This document shows, one piece after another, positions 1-8,412 of a stretch of 54,071 nt of DNA. The position numbers were made by a program, and so were the translations under genes. Position 1 is the first letter of the stretch. Each line of letters opens with the position of its first letter. The notes under the pieces are model-generated. The model did no database searches, was not told where the DNA came from, and saw only the letters and a list, made by a program, of their open reading frames with translations. Source of the DNA: a virus (taxonomy: Duplodnaviria; Caudoviricetes); the IMG/VR virus record IMGVR_UViG_3300042387_000502, positions 1 to 54,071 of that record; one strand, written 5' to 3'.

Positions 1-1
1 T

Positions 2-1087
2 TGTCCGACTTACCGACCAGATCCAACTGGTTCTGGACAAAGATGTAGTGATTCCTGTACTCCAAGCACAAATACAACATATCCTTGCACTGGCTCAGTT
101 AGCAATTCAACTAGTTGCCCAGATACTGGATCACTTGCTGGGGATAGGTGCGGAACATGTTCACAAAGCGGAGGAACAACATACGGTTCATGTAGATCAA
201 CATCCCTTACTCCAGTTTGTCCTTCTTGCCCTGGCGGAACTACAAGTTTTGCTAGATATAATTGTACAACTGGAAACTGGCAATGTAGATGTGTTCAGCC
301 TATTAGATATTCTTATTCAGTAAGACAATCAGTCAGTACTACAACTTATTCATATACAGTATCTAGCTCTACAACTACATATTTATGTGATGTTCCAGTT
401 ACAGGAAGTGGACAATGTCCAACAAGTCTTCCAGCTTCTGGCAGTGGACCAGGGCAAAGATGTACCGACTGTATATCATACTCATCAACCTCTTATGTAT
501 CTTATTACACATTATCTACTGCACAAAGCTCTTATCTTTGTGAAAATTATACTACAGGGCAATCAAGTTGCCCAGGTGCTGGCAGCGGTCCAGGAGAAAG
601 ATGTACCGATTGTACTGTTACAACAAGCAACTATTATAAAACAAGGATTGCAGAAATTCAAACAAGATATAAAACTAAAACAAGTACAACATTAACATAT
701 AATAATTATAAAACTAGAAAATATTTGGGGGCAGTAGTTAATAAATCTTGGAAAGAAGTAGAGGAAACTACTGGAGATAAATATACTTATAATGCTAATA
801 TAAATATATACTCATATTCATCTGGTACATTAACATTAAAATCTTCTGCTATTGTAAGCACATATGCTGCTCAAGCTGGAACTGAATTTAATAGTACTTT
901 ATATCCAGATATTACTACAGTTACAGCAGTAACAACTGGTAACTCAATAAATGCAACTGGCTGGGTCGGATCAGAGTTTAATGTGGCATCAAGCACAAAT
1001 ACTGAGACAAAAGGAACGGCAGTAGGTGTAGTGGGCATCCCAGTTACAGAAAATATAGGCACTAAATTAGACAATTTCTCAGCCTAA
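2..1087 (+). CDS. 5'-truncated Cys/Thr/Ser-rich protein, probable tail fibre/receptor-binding protein C-terminus
   Basis: Frame 2 is open from base 2 (CPTYRPDPTGSGQRCSDSC...) into the listed ORF 725..1087. Repeated GSGxGxRCxxC modules; located before the small tail-associated genes. Confidence 0.65.
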   Translation, partial: CPTYRPDPTGSGQRCSDSCTPSTNTTYPCTGSVSNSTSCPDTGSLAGDRCGTCSQSGGTTYGSCRSTSLTPVCPSCPGGTTSFARYNCTTGNWQCRCVQPIRYSYSVRQSVSTTTYSYTVSSSTTTYLCDVPVTGSGQCPTSLPASGSGPGQRCTDCISYSSTSYVSYYTLSTAQSSYLCENYTTGQSSCPGAGSGPGERCTDCTVTTSNYYKTRIAEIQTRYKTKTSTTLTYNNYKTRKYLGAVVNKSWKEVEETTGDKYTYNANINIYSYSSGTLTLKSSAIVSTYAAQAGTEFNSTLYPDITTVTAVTTGNSINATGWVGSEFNVASSTNTETKGTAVGVVGIPVTENIGTKLDNFSA

Positions 1088-1140
1088 CCGCTGTAGACAA
1101 ATATACATATATTATGTATAATATATAAAAAAGGAGAATA

Positions 1141-1413
1141 ATGGCAGAAACAAACCAACCAAATTTACCGCCAGTAAAAATTGCATTTATTATTGATGGT
1201 GAAGTTGTAGATATTTTGCATACAGACGAAAGATTGGGTGCAATATTTACAAGTAATCCAATTATGAAAAATGTTACTGGCAATCTATACACTGATGAAG
1301 GTGGGGTAGTATCAGTAGGCGCTTTATATAATTCAGAAACAGATCAGTTTTCACCAGTACCAGAACCAGAGCCAGAACCAGAGCCAATACCAATTATAGA
1401 ACCAACGGAGTAA
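1141..1413 (+). CDS. hypothetical protein with C-terminal (PE)n repeat, probably tail-fibre associated
   Basis: ORF with AAGGAG RBS; PVPEPEPEPEPIP tail. Confidence 0.7.
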   Translation: MAETNQPNLPPVKIAFIIDGEVVDILHTDERLGAIFTSNPIMKNVTGNLYTDEGGVVSVGALYNSETDQFSPVPEPEPEPEPIPIIEPTE

Positions 1414-1416
1414 ATA

Positions 1417-1692
1417 ATGTCAGAAAAAACACCTTTTCAAATATGGAAAGAAAAAAATGCTGGGGATAAAGTTCGTCCTTGGGATTTATTAAATCCAAAA
1501 ATTGGAAGAGTAGATGATGAAACATTTAAATATAGATTTGAAAATCATTGTTTAAATTGTCCATCATTAATTAAAGCAACAAAAACTTGTAAAAAATGTG
1601 GATGCTTTATGACTGAAAAGGCAAAGTTACCACATGCTAGTTGCCCATTAGGAAAATGGGGAGCAATTACAGGAACTGAGGATGTAATTTAA
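1417..1692 (+). CDS. Cys-rich small protein (DUF6171-like)
   Basis: CLNC...CKKCGCFM...CPLGKW motif. Confidence 0.6.
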   Translation: MSEKTPFQIWKEKNAGDKVRPWDLLNPKIGRVDDETFKYRFENHCLNCPSLIKATKTCKKCGCFMTEKAKLPHASCPLGKWGAITGTEDVI

Positions 1693-1916
1693 TGGATTTG
1701 GAAAAACAAGAAAAAATTGATATTATTAATGTACATTTAAAAAGTGTTGTAAGTAATATTTTTAATATAAATATGTTAATTATTCAAGAATCTGCAGTGA
1801 CTCCAATTAATCAAGACTCAGTAGATGCTTTAGAATTACAGCTAGAAAATGCATTTGCAAAAAAACAAGCATTACAAAGCGAATTAGAAAAGGTAACAAA
1901 TGAACCAGGAGAATAA
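1692..1916 (+). CDS. hypothetical coiled-coil protein
   Basis: ORF overlapping the previous stop (TAATG). Confidence 0.7.
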   Translation: MDLEKQEKIDIINVHLKSVVSNIFNINMLIIQESAVTPINQDSVDALELQLENAFAKKQALQSELEKVTNEPGE

Positions 1917-2088
1917 AGCAAGCTTAGTCATTACAGCGTTGCAACAAAGAATAGGTGAATTGGTATCAAATTATGAAACTCAAATTGCAATATTACGTGC
2001 AGAGATTACACAACTTGTGGAAAAGGAAAATGCTAAAGATCAAGCAAAAGAAGAATACTCAGAGCATCTTAATAACCTCTCCGACTGA
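1900..2088 (+). CDS. hypothetical coiled-coil protein
   Basis: ORF with heptad-like pattern. Confidence 0.65.
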   Translation: MNQENKASLVITALQQRIGELVSNYETQIAILRAEITQLVEKENAKDQAKEEYSEHLNNLSD

Positions 2089-2434
2089 TTTCCCTTCAGG
2101 AATTGCTGTTAAAACAGACAAGGGTACTTACTGGATTAAAGACGGAAAAAGATACAAGTTGATATCTAAAAGAGCAGAGGAGTCTTGGTCTTTTACTACA
2201 GTAAATGCTACAGAGTCTGCCTTATCTTTAATTAAACAGTCTGGTAAATTAGGGTTTAGAGATGGCGCTTTGATTAAGAACATTGCAGATGGTAAAATGT
2301 ATTTAATATCGCAAAATAAAAAGCGTCATATTGTGAACCCAGATTCATTTTCTAAATATGGACTTAATAGGTCTAATATTGTAGAAGTAAGCGAATCGGA
2401 AATAAATTCACATGAACTAGGAGAAAATTTATAA
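2030..2434 (+). CDS. hypothetical protein (two repeats of a YxIxxxKK/R motif)
   Basis: ATG at 2030 after AAGGA, in frame with listed ORF 1955..2434. Confidence 0.65.
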   Translation: MLKIKQKKNTQSILITSPTDFPSGIAVKTDKGTYWIKDGKRYKLISKRAEESWSFTTVNATESALSLIKQSGKLGFRDGALIKNIADGKMYLISQNKKRHIVNPDSFSKYGLNRSNIVEVSESEINSHELGENL

Positions 2435-2865
2435 TGGCAGCAGAATGGAACGTTGTAACATTTAATGAGGGTGCCCCATTTGACCCAAATGATTTAAATC
2501 AATTACAATTAAATTTAACAAATGTTTTCACAAAATCCACAACTCTTTTAAATGCTACAAAGGACTCTAGCGGAACAAGCAGAGTGGCAATTACCGATCA
2601 AGGATCGGCTTCAATAGTATTAAAAGGAACAACACCAGCTTCGACAACGGTAACATTTACACCCTCATTTACTGCAGGCACAGATACTGGATTTGTTGCT
2701 TCAATGGGACAAGCTTTAACATCAACAACTGGTAATGTATCGGTATCCGCAGTAATAAATTCAGATAAAACGGGTGGAACAATATATGCAGTAAGCAGTA
2801 AGGCAACAACTTCAACAATAAATGTTAATTGGATAGCAACACAACTAAAAGATATTAGTGCTTGA
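2434..2865 (+). CDS. Thr/Ser-rich beta protein, possible minor virion protein
   Basis: ORF; C-terminal INVNWIA resembles H-type lectin-like tail domains. Confidence 0.55.
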   Translation: MAAEWNVVTFNEGAPFDPNDLNQLQLNLTNVFTKSTTLLNATKDSSGTSRVAITDQGSASIVLKGTTPASTTVTFTPSFTAGTDTGFVASMGQALTSTTGNVSVSAVINSDKTGGTIYAVSSKATTSTINVNWIATQLKDISA

Positions 2866-2903
2866 CAAAGCATATCAATATGTTAAAATATAACATGTTC
2901 AAT

Positions 2904-2928
2904 AAAGTCACGAAACCGTGACTTTTTT
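2904..2928 (+). terminator. hairpin/intrinsic terminator
   Basis: AAAGTCACG-AAAC-CGTGACTTT followed by a T run. Confidence 0.55.
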
Positions 2929-2944
2929 AATTTAAGGATATTAA

Positions 2945-3760
2945 ATGTCTAATGATTTAAAGTGGATGCTATCATCGGATCAGCAATTTCCATATCAAGA
3001 TGATAAAATGATTGAGCTTTGGTTTAAGGTTATGAAGTGGTTTAAGCCAGATGTTGTAGACTATCTTGGCGACACAGATGATCAGGCTTGCTACAGTAGA
3101 TTTACAGAAGGAAAGCCAACAGAGTTTTTAAAGGCATACAAGAATGACGACGTAACAAATGATTTAGAGTTAATGCTAAAAGACATGAAGTTTGAGGCAA
3201 GTGGTGCCCGTGAATTTTATGAAAGAACAAGAAAGATGCTTCCCAACGCACAGCTATTCTCAGCGTTAGGAAATCATGATATTAGAATTTTTGATTATTT
3301 AGATAAGAAAATTCCTGAATATGCAAAGCATGTTACCCCAGAAGCTTTATGGAGTTTAGATTCATTAGGATATGATTATATTTATTATAATGAATTGCCA
3401 AAGAAACGTTTTGGAGATATCCACGTCCATCATGGAATTTCAATTTCAGCAACAGGGTCGGTTAGAAAAGACATGGAAGATTTACAAGTATCTTTAATTA
3501 GAGGACATTCTCATAGGATTGCATCTCATTTAGTTACTTATGAATTAAGAAATAAAGGCAAGGGGGAAACTTTGCGTGGATATGAGATTGGTCATATGTG
3601 CGATGAAAAGGGACCAGGAATGAAATACACCCAGCATCACGATTGGCAAAAAGGATTTGCCATAGCACATATTGAAGGTGGCAAATATCCACACGTTAAC
3701 ATGATTCACGTATCTCCAGAGTATACTTGTGTTGTTGACGGAAAGTTGTTTACTTTATAA
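2945..3760 (+). CDS. calcineurin-like metallophosphoesterase
   Basis: SDxQ, LGD, GNHD, HHG and GHSH motifs. Confidence 0.85.
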   Translation: MSNDLKWMLSSDQQFPYQDDKMIELWFKVMKWFKPDVVDYLGDTDDQACYSRFTEGKPTEFLKAYKNDDVTNDLELMLKDMKFEASGAREFYERTRKMLPNAQLFSALGNHDIRIFDYLDKKIPEYAKHVTPEALWSLDSLGYDYIYYNELPKKRFGDIHVHHGISISATGSVRKDMEDLQVSLIRGHSHRIASHLVTYELRNKGKGETLRGYEIGHMCDEKGPGMKYTQHHDWQKGFAIAHIEGGKYPHVNMIHVSPEYTCVVDGKLFTL

Positions 3761-3945
3761 TGTGGTGTGCAAAATGCAACGGCAGAGTTTTTGTAGATAG
3801 AGTTTTTTCCCAAAAATTGCACGTAGAGCTTTTTTGTCTCCTATGCGGAAAAAGATGGATGATCAATAAAGAAACGAATAGATTTGGAAAATGGTTAGAA
3901 AAAAAAGATCGAGAGTACGCAAAAAATTTCTCTATTTCTTCTTAA
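3760..3945 (+). CDS. zinc-ribbon protein
   Basis: CAKC...CLLC. Confidence 0.65.
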   Translation: MWCAKCNGRVFVDRVFSQKLHVELFCLLCGKRWMINKETNRFGKWLEKKDREYAKNFSISS

Positions 3946-4370
3946 ACAATAAATTACATAAAGTAATTAGATTGTCTAGAGCTAAAGACGAAATTGTTGC
4001 ATGGTGCTACCCAGATAAAAAAAGGGTAATGTACTCATACTCCGATGCCGAAAAAAATATGGAAACTGCTTATACTATAAAACAAGTTGGTCAAATATTA
4101 GGCAGACACAAAGTAACAATTGAAGAATATATTTTGCAGGGTAAAATACAAAAACCTCAAAGAGTATATCCAATAAGCAATCCAAGTAGCAGGTGGTCTA
4201 AGTTTATGCTTAGTGAATCTGACATACTTAAATTACATGAGTATATATTAGAAGCTGGTTACACAAAAAATATACCTTCTAAGGCAGAACTAAGGGCACT
4301 TCTCAAAAACAACATTATATTGTATACTAAGACCGACTCTGGATTTGTACCAGTATGGAAGGCGGAGTAG
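3891..4370 (+). CDS. helix-turn-helix DNA-binding protein
   Basis: YTIKQVGQILGRHKVTIEEYI, MerR/excisionase-like HTH. Confidence 0.7.
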   Translation: MVRKKRSRVRKKFLYFFLNNKLHKVIRLSRAKDEIVAWCYPDKKRVMYSYSDAEKNMETAYTIKQVGQILGRHKVTIEEYILQGKIQKPQRVYPISNPSSRWSKFMLSESDILKLHEYILEAGYTKNIPSKAELRALLKNNIILYTKTDSGFVPVWKAE

Positions 4371-4480
4371 TGTCTAGTAGATTTGTTGTATGTGATATTT
4401 GCAACAAAGAAATAGAATTACGCTGGGCCATTTTTGGAAGCGATACTTTAAGCAGGCATAGAAAGGCGGAGCATAAATGA
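4370..4480 (+). CDS. small C2H2 zinc-finger-like protein
   Basis: Read manually from a GTG start: SSRFVVCDICNKEI...LSRHRKAEHK; fills the gap exactly. Confidence 0.5.
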   Translation: MSSRFVVCDICNKEIELRWAIFGSDTLSRHRKAEHK

Positions 4481-4680
4481 AAACAGTAGTTAAAATAGAT
4501 TTATCATTTACTAGAAATCTTGGTAATTTTGAAAGTATTAAAATTGGAGTTGGAGTAGAAGACTCTGTTAGAGATGGCGAAACTGTTAATGATGCTACTG
4601 AAAGAGTATATAAATTTGTTGAAAATAAATTAATAGAAAAAACTCAAGATATAGAAAAAGAGTTAAAGAGTGGCAAATAG
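4477..4680 (+). CDS. conserved phage protein
   Basis: FTRNLGNFESIKI motif; ATGA coupling. Confidence 0.7.
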   Translation: MKTVVKIDLSFTRNLGNFESIKIGVGVEDSVRDGETVNDATERVYKFVENKLIEKTQDIEKELKSGK

Positions 4681-4990
4681 CAAAGAGCCCTATATTCTAT
4701 TAAGCATATATCAAAATATGTATCAAAACAAATATGGCAAGATGCCATCGTTAAATAAATATAGAGAAAAATGGGCAATGCAAGATGTAATTGATAGCGT
4801 GGGATATAGTCGTGCAAAAGAGCTGATAGAGTATTATTTTATTACAGGGAAAAATGGACATCCGTTACAATTTTTCTTTTTTAACTTTGATAAAATTGAT
4901 ATAATGGAAAGAGAAATTAAGAAGGATAAAACAAATCGTCGCATTCTTCAAGAAGCAACTAAAAAATTAGTAGAAGGCGAAAACGAATGA
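4670..4990 (+). CDS. hypothetical protein (possible helicase loader/partner)
   Basis: ORF directly upstream of the helicase. Confidence 0.65.
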   Translation: MANSKEPYILLSIYQNMYQNKYGKMPSLNKYREKWAMQDVIDSVGYSRAKELIEYYFITGKNGHPLQFFFFNFDKIDIMEREIKKDKTNRRILQEATKKLVEGENE

Positions 4991-6225
4991 ATACAGAAGC
5001 AACGTTAATATCGGCAGTATGTAAAAACAAAGACATCAGTACATTGCTTGCAGATAACGTTGATGACCTATTTACTTCACATAGAGATATATGGGAAGGC
5101 TTAAAGTCATACTATTATAAGTTTAAAGCAGTTCCTGAAATTGGAGTATTGCAAGAAAAGTTTAAAGACCTAGAGCCAGACTTAAATGCAAAAGCTGAAA
5201 CTGGATATTATTTAGATAAATTAAAAAATGAGTATTTGTCAGCAAGATTAAAAAGCATTATTCTTCAAGGTGGCTCTGCACTAAAAGAAGATGCAGCATC
5301 TAGAGTATTGGCAGACATGCAAAGCAAACTTGCTAGTCTTTCTAGATTTACAAACAATGTAAGAGACTTAGATGTCACAGACTTAGATGCAGCAGAAAGA
5401 CACTTTATGTCTGTTAAAGATAGATCATTAGTAATGGGTGGAAGTCCAGGAATTAAAACAGGGTTTCAAGCAATTGATACAGCATACCCAACTGGCATGG
5501 CTCCAGGACATTTAATTGTTGCAATTGGTTGGCCAGGAAAAGGTAAGACATGGTTTACTTCATACCTTGCATGCAAAGCATGGGAGCAAGGATTTAAGCC
5601 AATGATTATCTCTCTTGAAATGTCTCCAGAAAATATGCGTGATCGTATTTACACAATGCTTGGATCAGGTTTATTTAAAGCAAGTGATTTATCAAAAGGT
5701 GACATTAACATTGATGACTTTAAGTCATGGGGTAAGAAAAAATTTGAAGGTAAAAATAGTTTTGTTTTAGTATCAAATGAGGGAGCAGGAGATGTAACTC
5801 CAGCAACTATTCAAGGTAAGATTGATCAGCATAAACCAGATTTAGTTATCTTAGATTATCATCAATTGTTTAATGACAATAAACGAAGTAATTCTGAAGT
5901 AGAAAGAAATAGAAACGTATCTCGTGAATTTAAATTATTGGCCGTAACAAACAACATACCAGTCATAGATATTACTGCAGCAACGGCAGATGATATTTCT
6001 GATCAAGACAATCCGCCAATGATGAGTCAAGTTGCATGGTCTAAAGCTATTGAATATGATGCTGATATGGCTATGGCTGTTCATAGATATCCAGGAACTA
6101 ATTTAATTGAAATTGTTTCTAGAAAAAATCGTCATGGTCATGAGTTTGATTTTCATTTAGATTGGGATATTAACAGAGGTATTATCAAAGAATTGTATGA
6201 TTATGTACCACCACAAACCAATTAA
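4987..6225 (+). CDS. dnaB: DnaB-like replicative helicase
   Basis: Walker A GWPGKGKT, SLEM, VILDY, IEYDAD, KNRHG. Confidence 0.93.
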   Translation: MNTEATLISAVCKNKDISTLLADNVDDLFTSHRDIWEGLKSYYYKFKAVPEIGVLQEKFKDLEPDLNAKAETGYYLDKLKNEYLSARLKSIILQGGSALKEDAASRVLADMQSKLASLSRFTNNVRDLDVTDLDAAERHFMSVKDRSLVMGGSPGIKTGFQAIDTAYPTGMAPGHLIVAIGWPGKGKTWFTSYLACKAWEQGFKPMIISLEMSPENMRDRIYTMLGSGLFKASDLSKGDINIDDFKSWGKKKFEGKNSFVLVSNEGAGDVTPATIQGKIDQHKPDLVILDYHQLFNDNKRSNSEVERNRNVSREFKLLAVTNNIPVIDITAATADDISDQDNPPMMSQVAWSKAIEYDADMAMAVHRYPGTNLIEIVSRKNRHGHEFDFHLDWDINRGIIKELYDYVPPQTN

Positions 6226-6496
6226 AAGATTTCAAATTGACGTAGAGTTTAAAGATGATTCAGACATCATTAGACTTAAAAATCAATATGAAAATATGTT
6301 AACTCATAAAATGAGAGACATTGGGTACTCTAGGATACTTGACATAGACACCGCATTTTCGGTAGAATTTACGGGTACAACTTGGAAGTTTTTAATGACT
6401 CTTCATGGAATATATACGGGAAGGCGGAAAGCATGGCAAGCAGAGGGAATAACACAAGGCAAATTAGTTCCACGCAATATGCACCTAACCATATAA
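6197..6496 (+). CDS. hypothetical protein
   Basis: ORF between helicase and primase. Confidence 0.65.
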   Translation: MIMYHHKPIKRFQIDVEFKDDSDIIRLKNQYENMLTHKMRDIGYSRILDIDTAFSVEFTGTTWKFLMTLHGIYTGRRKAWQAEGITQGKLVPRNMHLTI

Positions 6497-7428
6497 AATC
6501 AATAGTAAAAGAAATTGGTCTAAGGATAATTAGTGAGTCTAATAATAACCTAGTTGTATATTGTCCATTTCATAACAATACACATAGTCCAAGTTTTTAT
6601 ATTAGCGAAGAAAATGGGGCATGGCTTTGCTTCAATCCAGCCTGTGGAGAAACTGGCAACATAATTCAGCTAATTAAAAAAATTACAAACAAGAATGACT
6701 TTGAAGCAATTAGACTAGTCTCTTCAAAAGAATCACAAGCATTAGACGACTTTGATGAAGTTCTAAATAAGATGTTTGAGGATAAACCAGAGTTTATAGA
6801 ATTTGATAGTAAAAAATTAGAAGATTTATCTTTAGGACTTACATTTAGTAAAGAAGCAAGAGACTACTTTGAATCTCGTGGAATTAACCATAACTCAATG
6901 TCTCATTTTAATTTAGGATATTCCGAATCTCAAGGCATGGTAACCGTTCCAGTGCATAGCCCAGACGGCACCCCAGTTGGATTAGTAGGAAGATCTATTA
7001 CAGAAAAAAGATTTAAGAATAGCACCAACCTTCCCAAAAATAAAACTTTATTTAATATACATCGTGCTAAGAAAATTGGCGATCATGTAATAATTGTAGA
7101 ATCAAGCTTTGATGCAATCCGTGTGCATCAATCTGGTTTTCCAAACGTGGTTGCCACTCTTGGCGGTCATATGTCACCAGACAACATTAATCTATTAAAT
7201 AAATATTTTAATAAAATTACAATCATGACGGACGCAGATCAGGCTGGTAGAGAATTAGGAATATCAATTTCTAATAAATTAAAGAATAAAGACATCTTGT
7301 GGGCATCTTATACTTATGGTAAGATATATCCTCATGACGCAAAAGATTCAGGAGACATGACCGAAGCAGAAATTCAATCTTGTATCAAGAATGCAGTTTC
7401 TGATGTGGAATACAAATCCTGGAATTAA
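6433..7428 (+). CDS. dnaG: DNA primase
   Basis: CPFH...CFNPAC zinc finger; TOPRIM VES.FDA, DADQAG, KD. Confidence 0.92.
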   Translation: MASRGNNTRQISSTQYAPNHIKSIVKEIGLRIISESNNNLVVYCPFHNNTHSPSFYISEENGAWLCFNPACGETGNIIQLIKKITNKNDFEAIRLVSSKESQALDDFDEVLNKMFEDKPEFIEFDSKKLEDLSLGLTFSKEARDYFESRGINHNSMSHFNLGYSESQGMVTVPVHSPDGTPVGLVGRSITEKRFKNSTNLPKNKTLFNIHRAKKIGDHVIIVESSFDAIRVHQSGFPNVVATLGGHMSPDNINLLNKYFNKITIMTDADQAGRELGISISNKLKNKDILWASYTYGKIYPHDAKDSGDMTEAEIQSCIKNAVSDVEYKSWN

Positions 7429-7478
7429 TGATATAATAACCGTACAGATGGATATATACCATCACCAAAGGAGATAAA

Positions 7479-8147
7479 ATGAGTATAGTAAAGGGTCTAA
7501 AAGACCTAAACAAAGCGTTAGACAAACCTGTATATTCAGGTGGAGAAGACAACAAAGGTCGTTGGTTAAAAATTGAAGACGGAGAAAGCGTAAAGGTTAG
7601 ATTTCTTCAAGAGTTGGATGCAGATTCTCCCAACTATAATGACAAACTTGGATGCGGATTTATTGCATTAGAGCACACAAACCCAAAAGATTACAGACGT
7701 AAAGCTTTAGACACAATGGAAACAGAAGGACGTGACTGGGCTAATGAACAACATCGTAAAGATCCAAAAGCTGGATGGAAAGCCAGAACACGTATTTATA
7801 TAAATGTATTAGTTGATGATGGAAAGAACGAGCCATACGTTGCAATACTATCTCAAGGAACCAGTGGAAAAACAATTACTCCTACCCTTATTGAGTATGC
7901 TGGTGAAATGGGAAGCATTACAAATTTAATGTGGCGTATTAAAAGAAATGGCAGTAAGACAGATACAAGTTATACAATAATCCCGTTAGCAAAAGATGAG
8001 ACACCTTTTGATTTTGCAGCGCTTGAATTGTTTGATCTTGAAAAAACTGCCGTAAGGCATGTTCCGTATGCAGAGCAAGAAGCTTTTTATATGGGAGATA
8101 GCAATAATGAAGAAACTCAAGGCTCATCAGGTAGCGTAGAGTGGTAA
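7479..8147 (+). CDS. single-stranded DNA-binding protein (gp32-like)
   Basis: Position in the replication module, V(K)VRFL motif, acidic tail ending in W; TGnTATAAT promoter at 7428-7436. Confidence 0.7.
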   Translation: MSIVKGLKDLNKALDKPVYSGGEDNKGRWLKIEDGESVKVRFLQELDADSPNYNDKLGCGFIALEHTNPKDYRRKALDTMETEGRDWANEQHRKDPKAGWKARTRIYINVLVDDGKNEPYVAILSQGTSGKTITPTLIEYAGEMGSITNLMWRIKRNGSKTDTSYTIIPLAKDETPFDFAALELFDLEKTAVRHVPYAEQEAFYMGDSNNEETQGSSGSVEW

Positions 8148-8159
8148 TTTAATAATCTG

Positions 8160-8190
8160 GGGGGTGGCTATTGCCATCCCCTATTTTATT
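8160..8190 (+). terminator. intrinsic terminator
   Basis: GGGGTGGC-TATT-GCCATCCC stem plus T-rich tail. Confidence 0.7.
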
Positions 8191-8205
8191 TAGTAGAATC
8201 AATAC

Positions 8206-8412
8206 ATGCAAAATTACGAGATACCAGACCCATTTATGGAGTTTGTTAGAAATAGAAATCTTAAATTATCTGGAGCAATATACGATTATTTTGCTAAAGA
8301 GTGGAGTTACAAATGCAGTACTTGCCTAGATGTACTACATGCTCCAAGTAAAAAAACAATAACTAAAACTAGGCTTAGTCACACAAGAAATATTTGTTTA
8401 GGCGGATACTAA
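8206..8412 (+). CDS. small zinc-binding protein (leaderless)
   Basis: CSTC...H..C; TAGAAT 6 nt before the ATG. Confidence 0.6.
   Translation: MQNYEIPDPFMEFVRNRNLKLSGAIYDYFAKEWSYKCSTCLDVLHAPSKKTITKTRLSHTRNICLGGY

Noticed and set aside
48-695. Listed ORFs 48..323 and 387..695
   Set aside because: Off-frame shadows of the continuous frame-2 ORF 2..1087.
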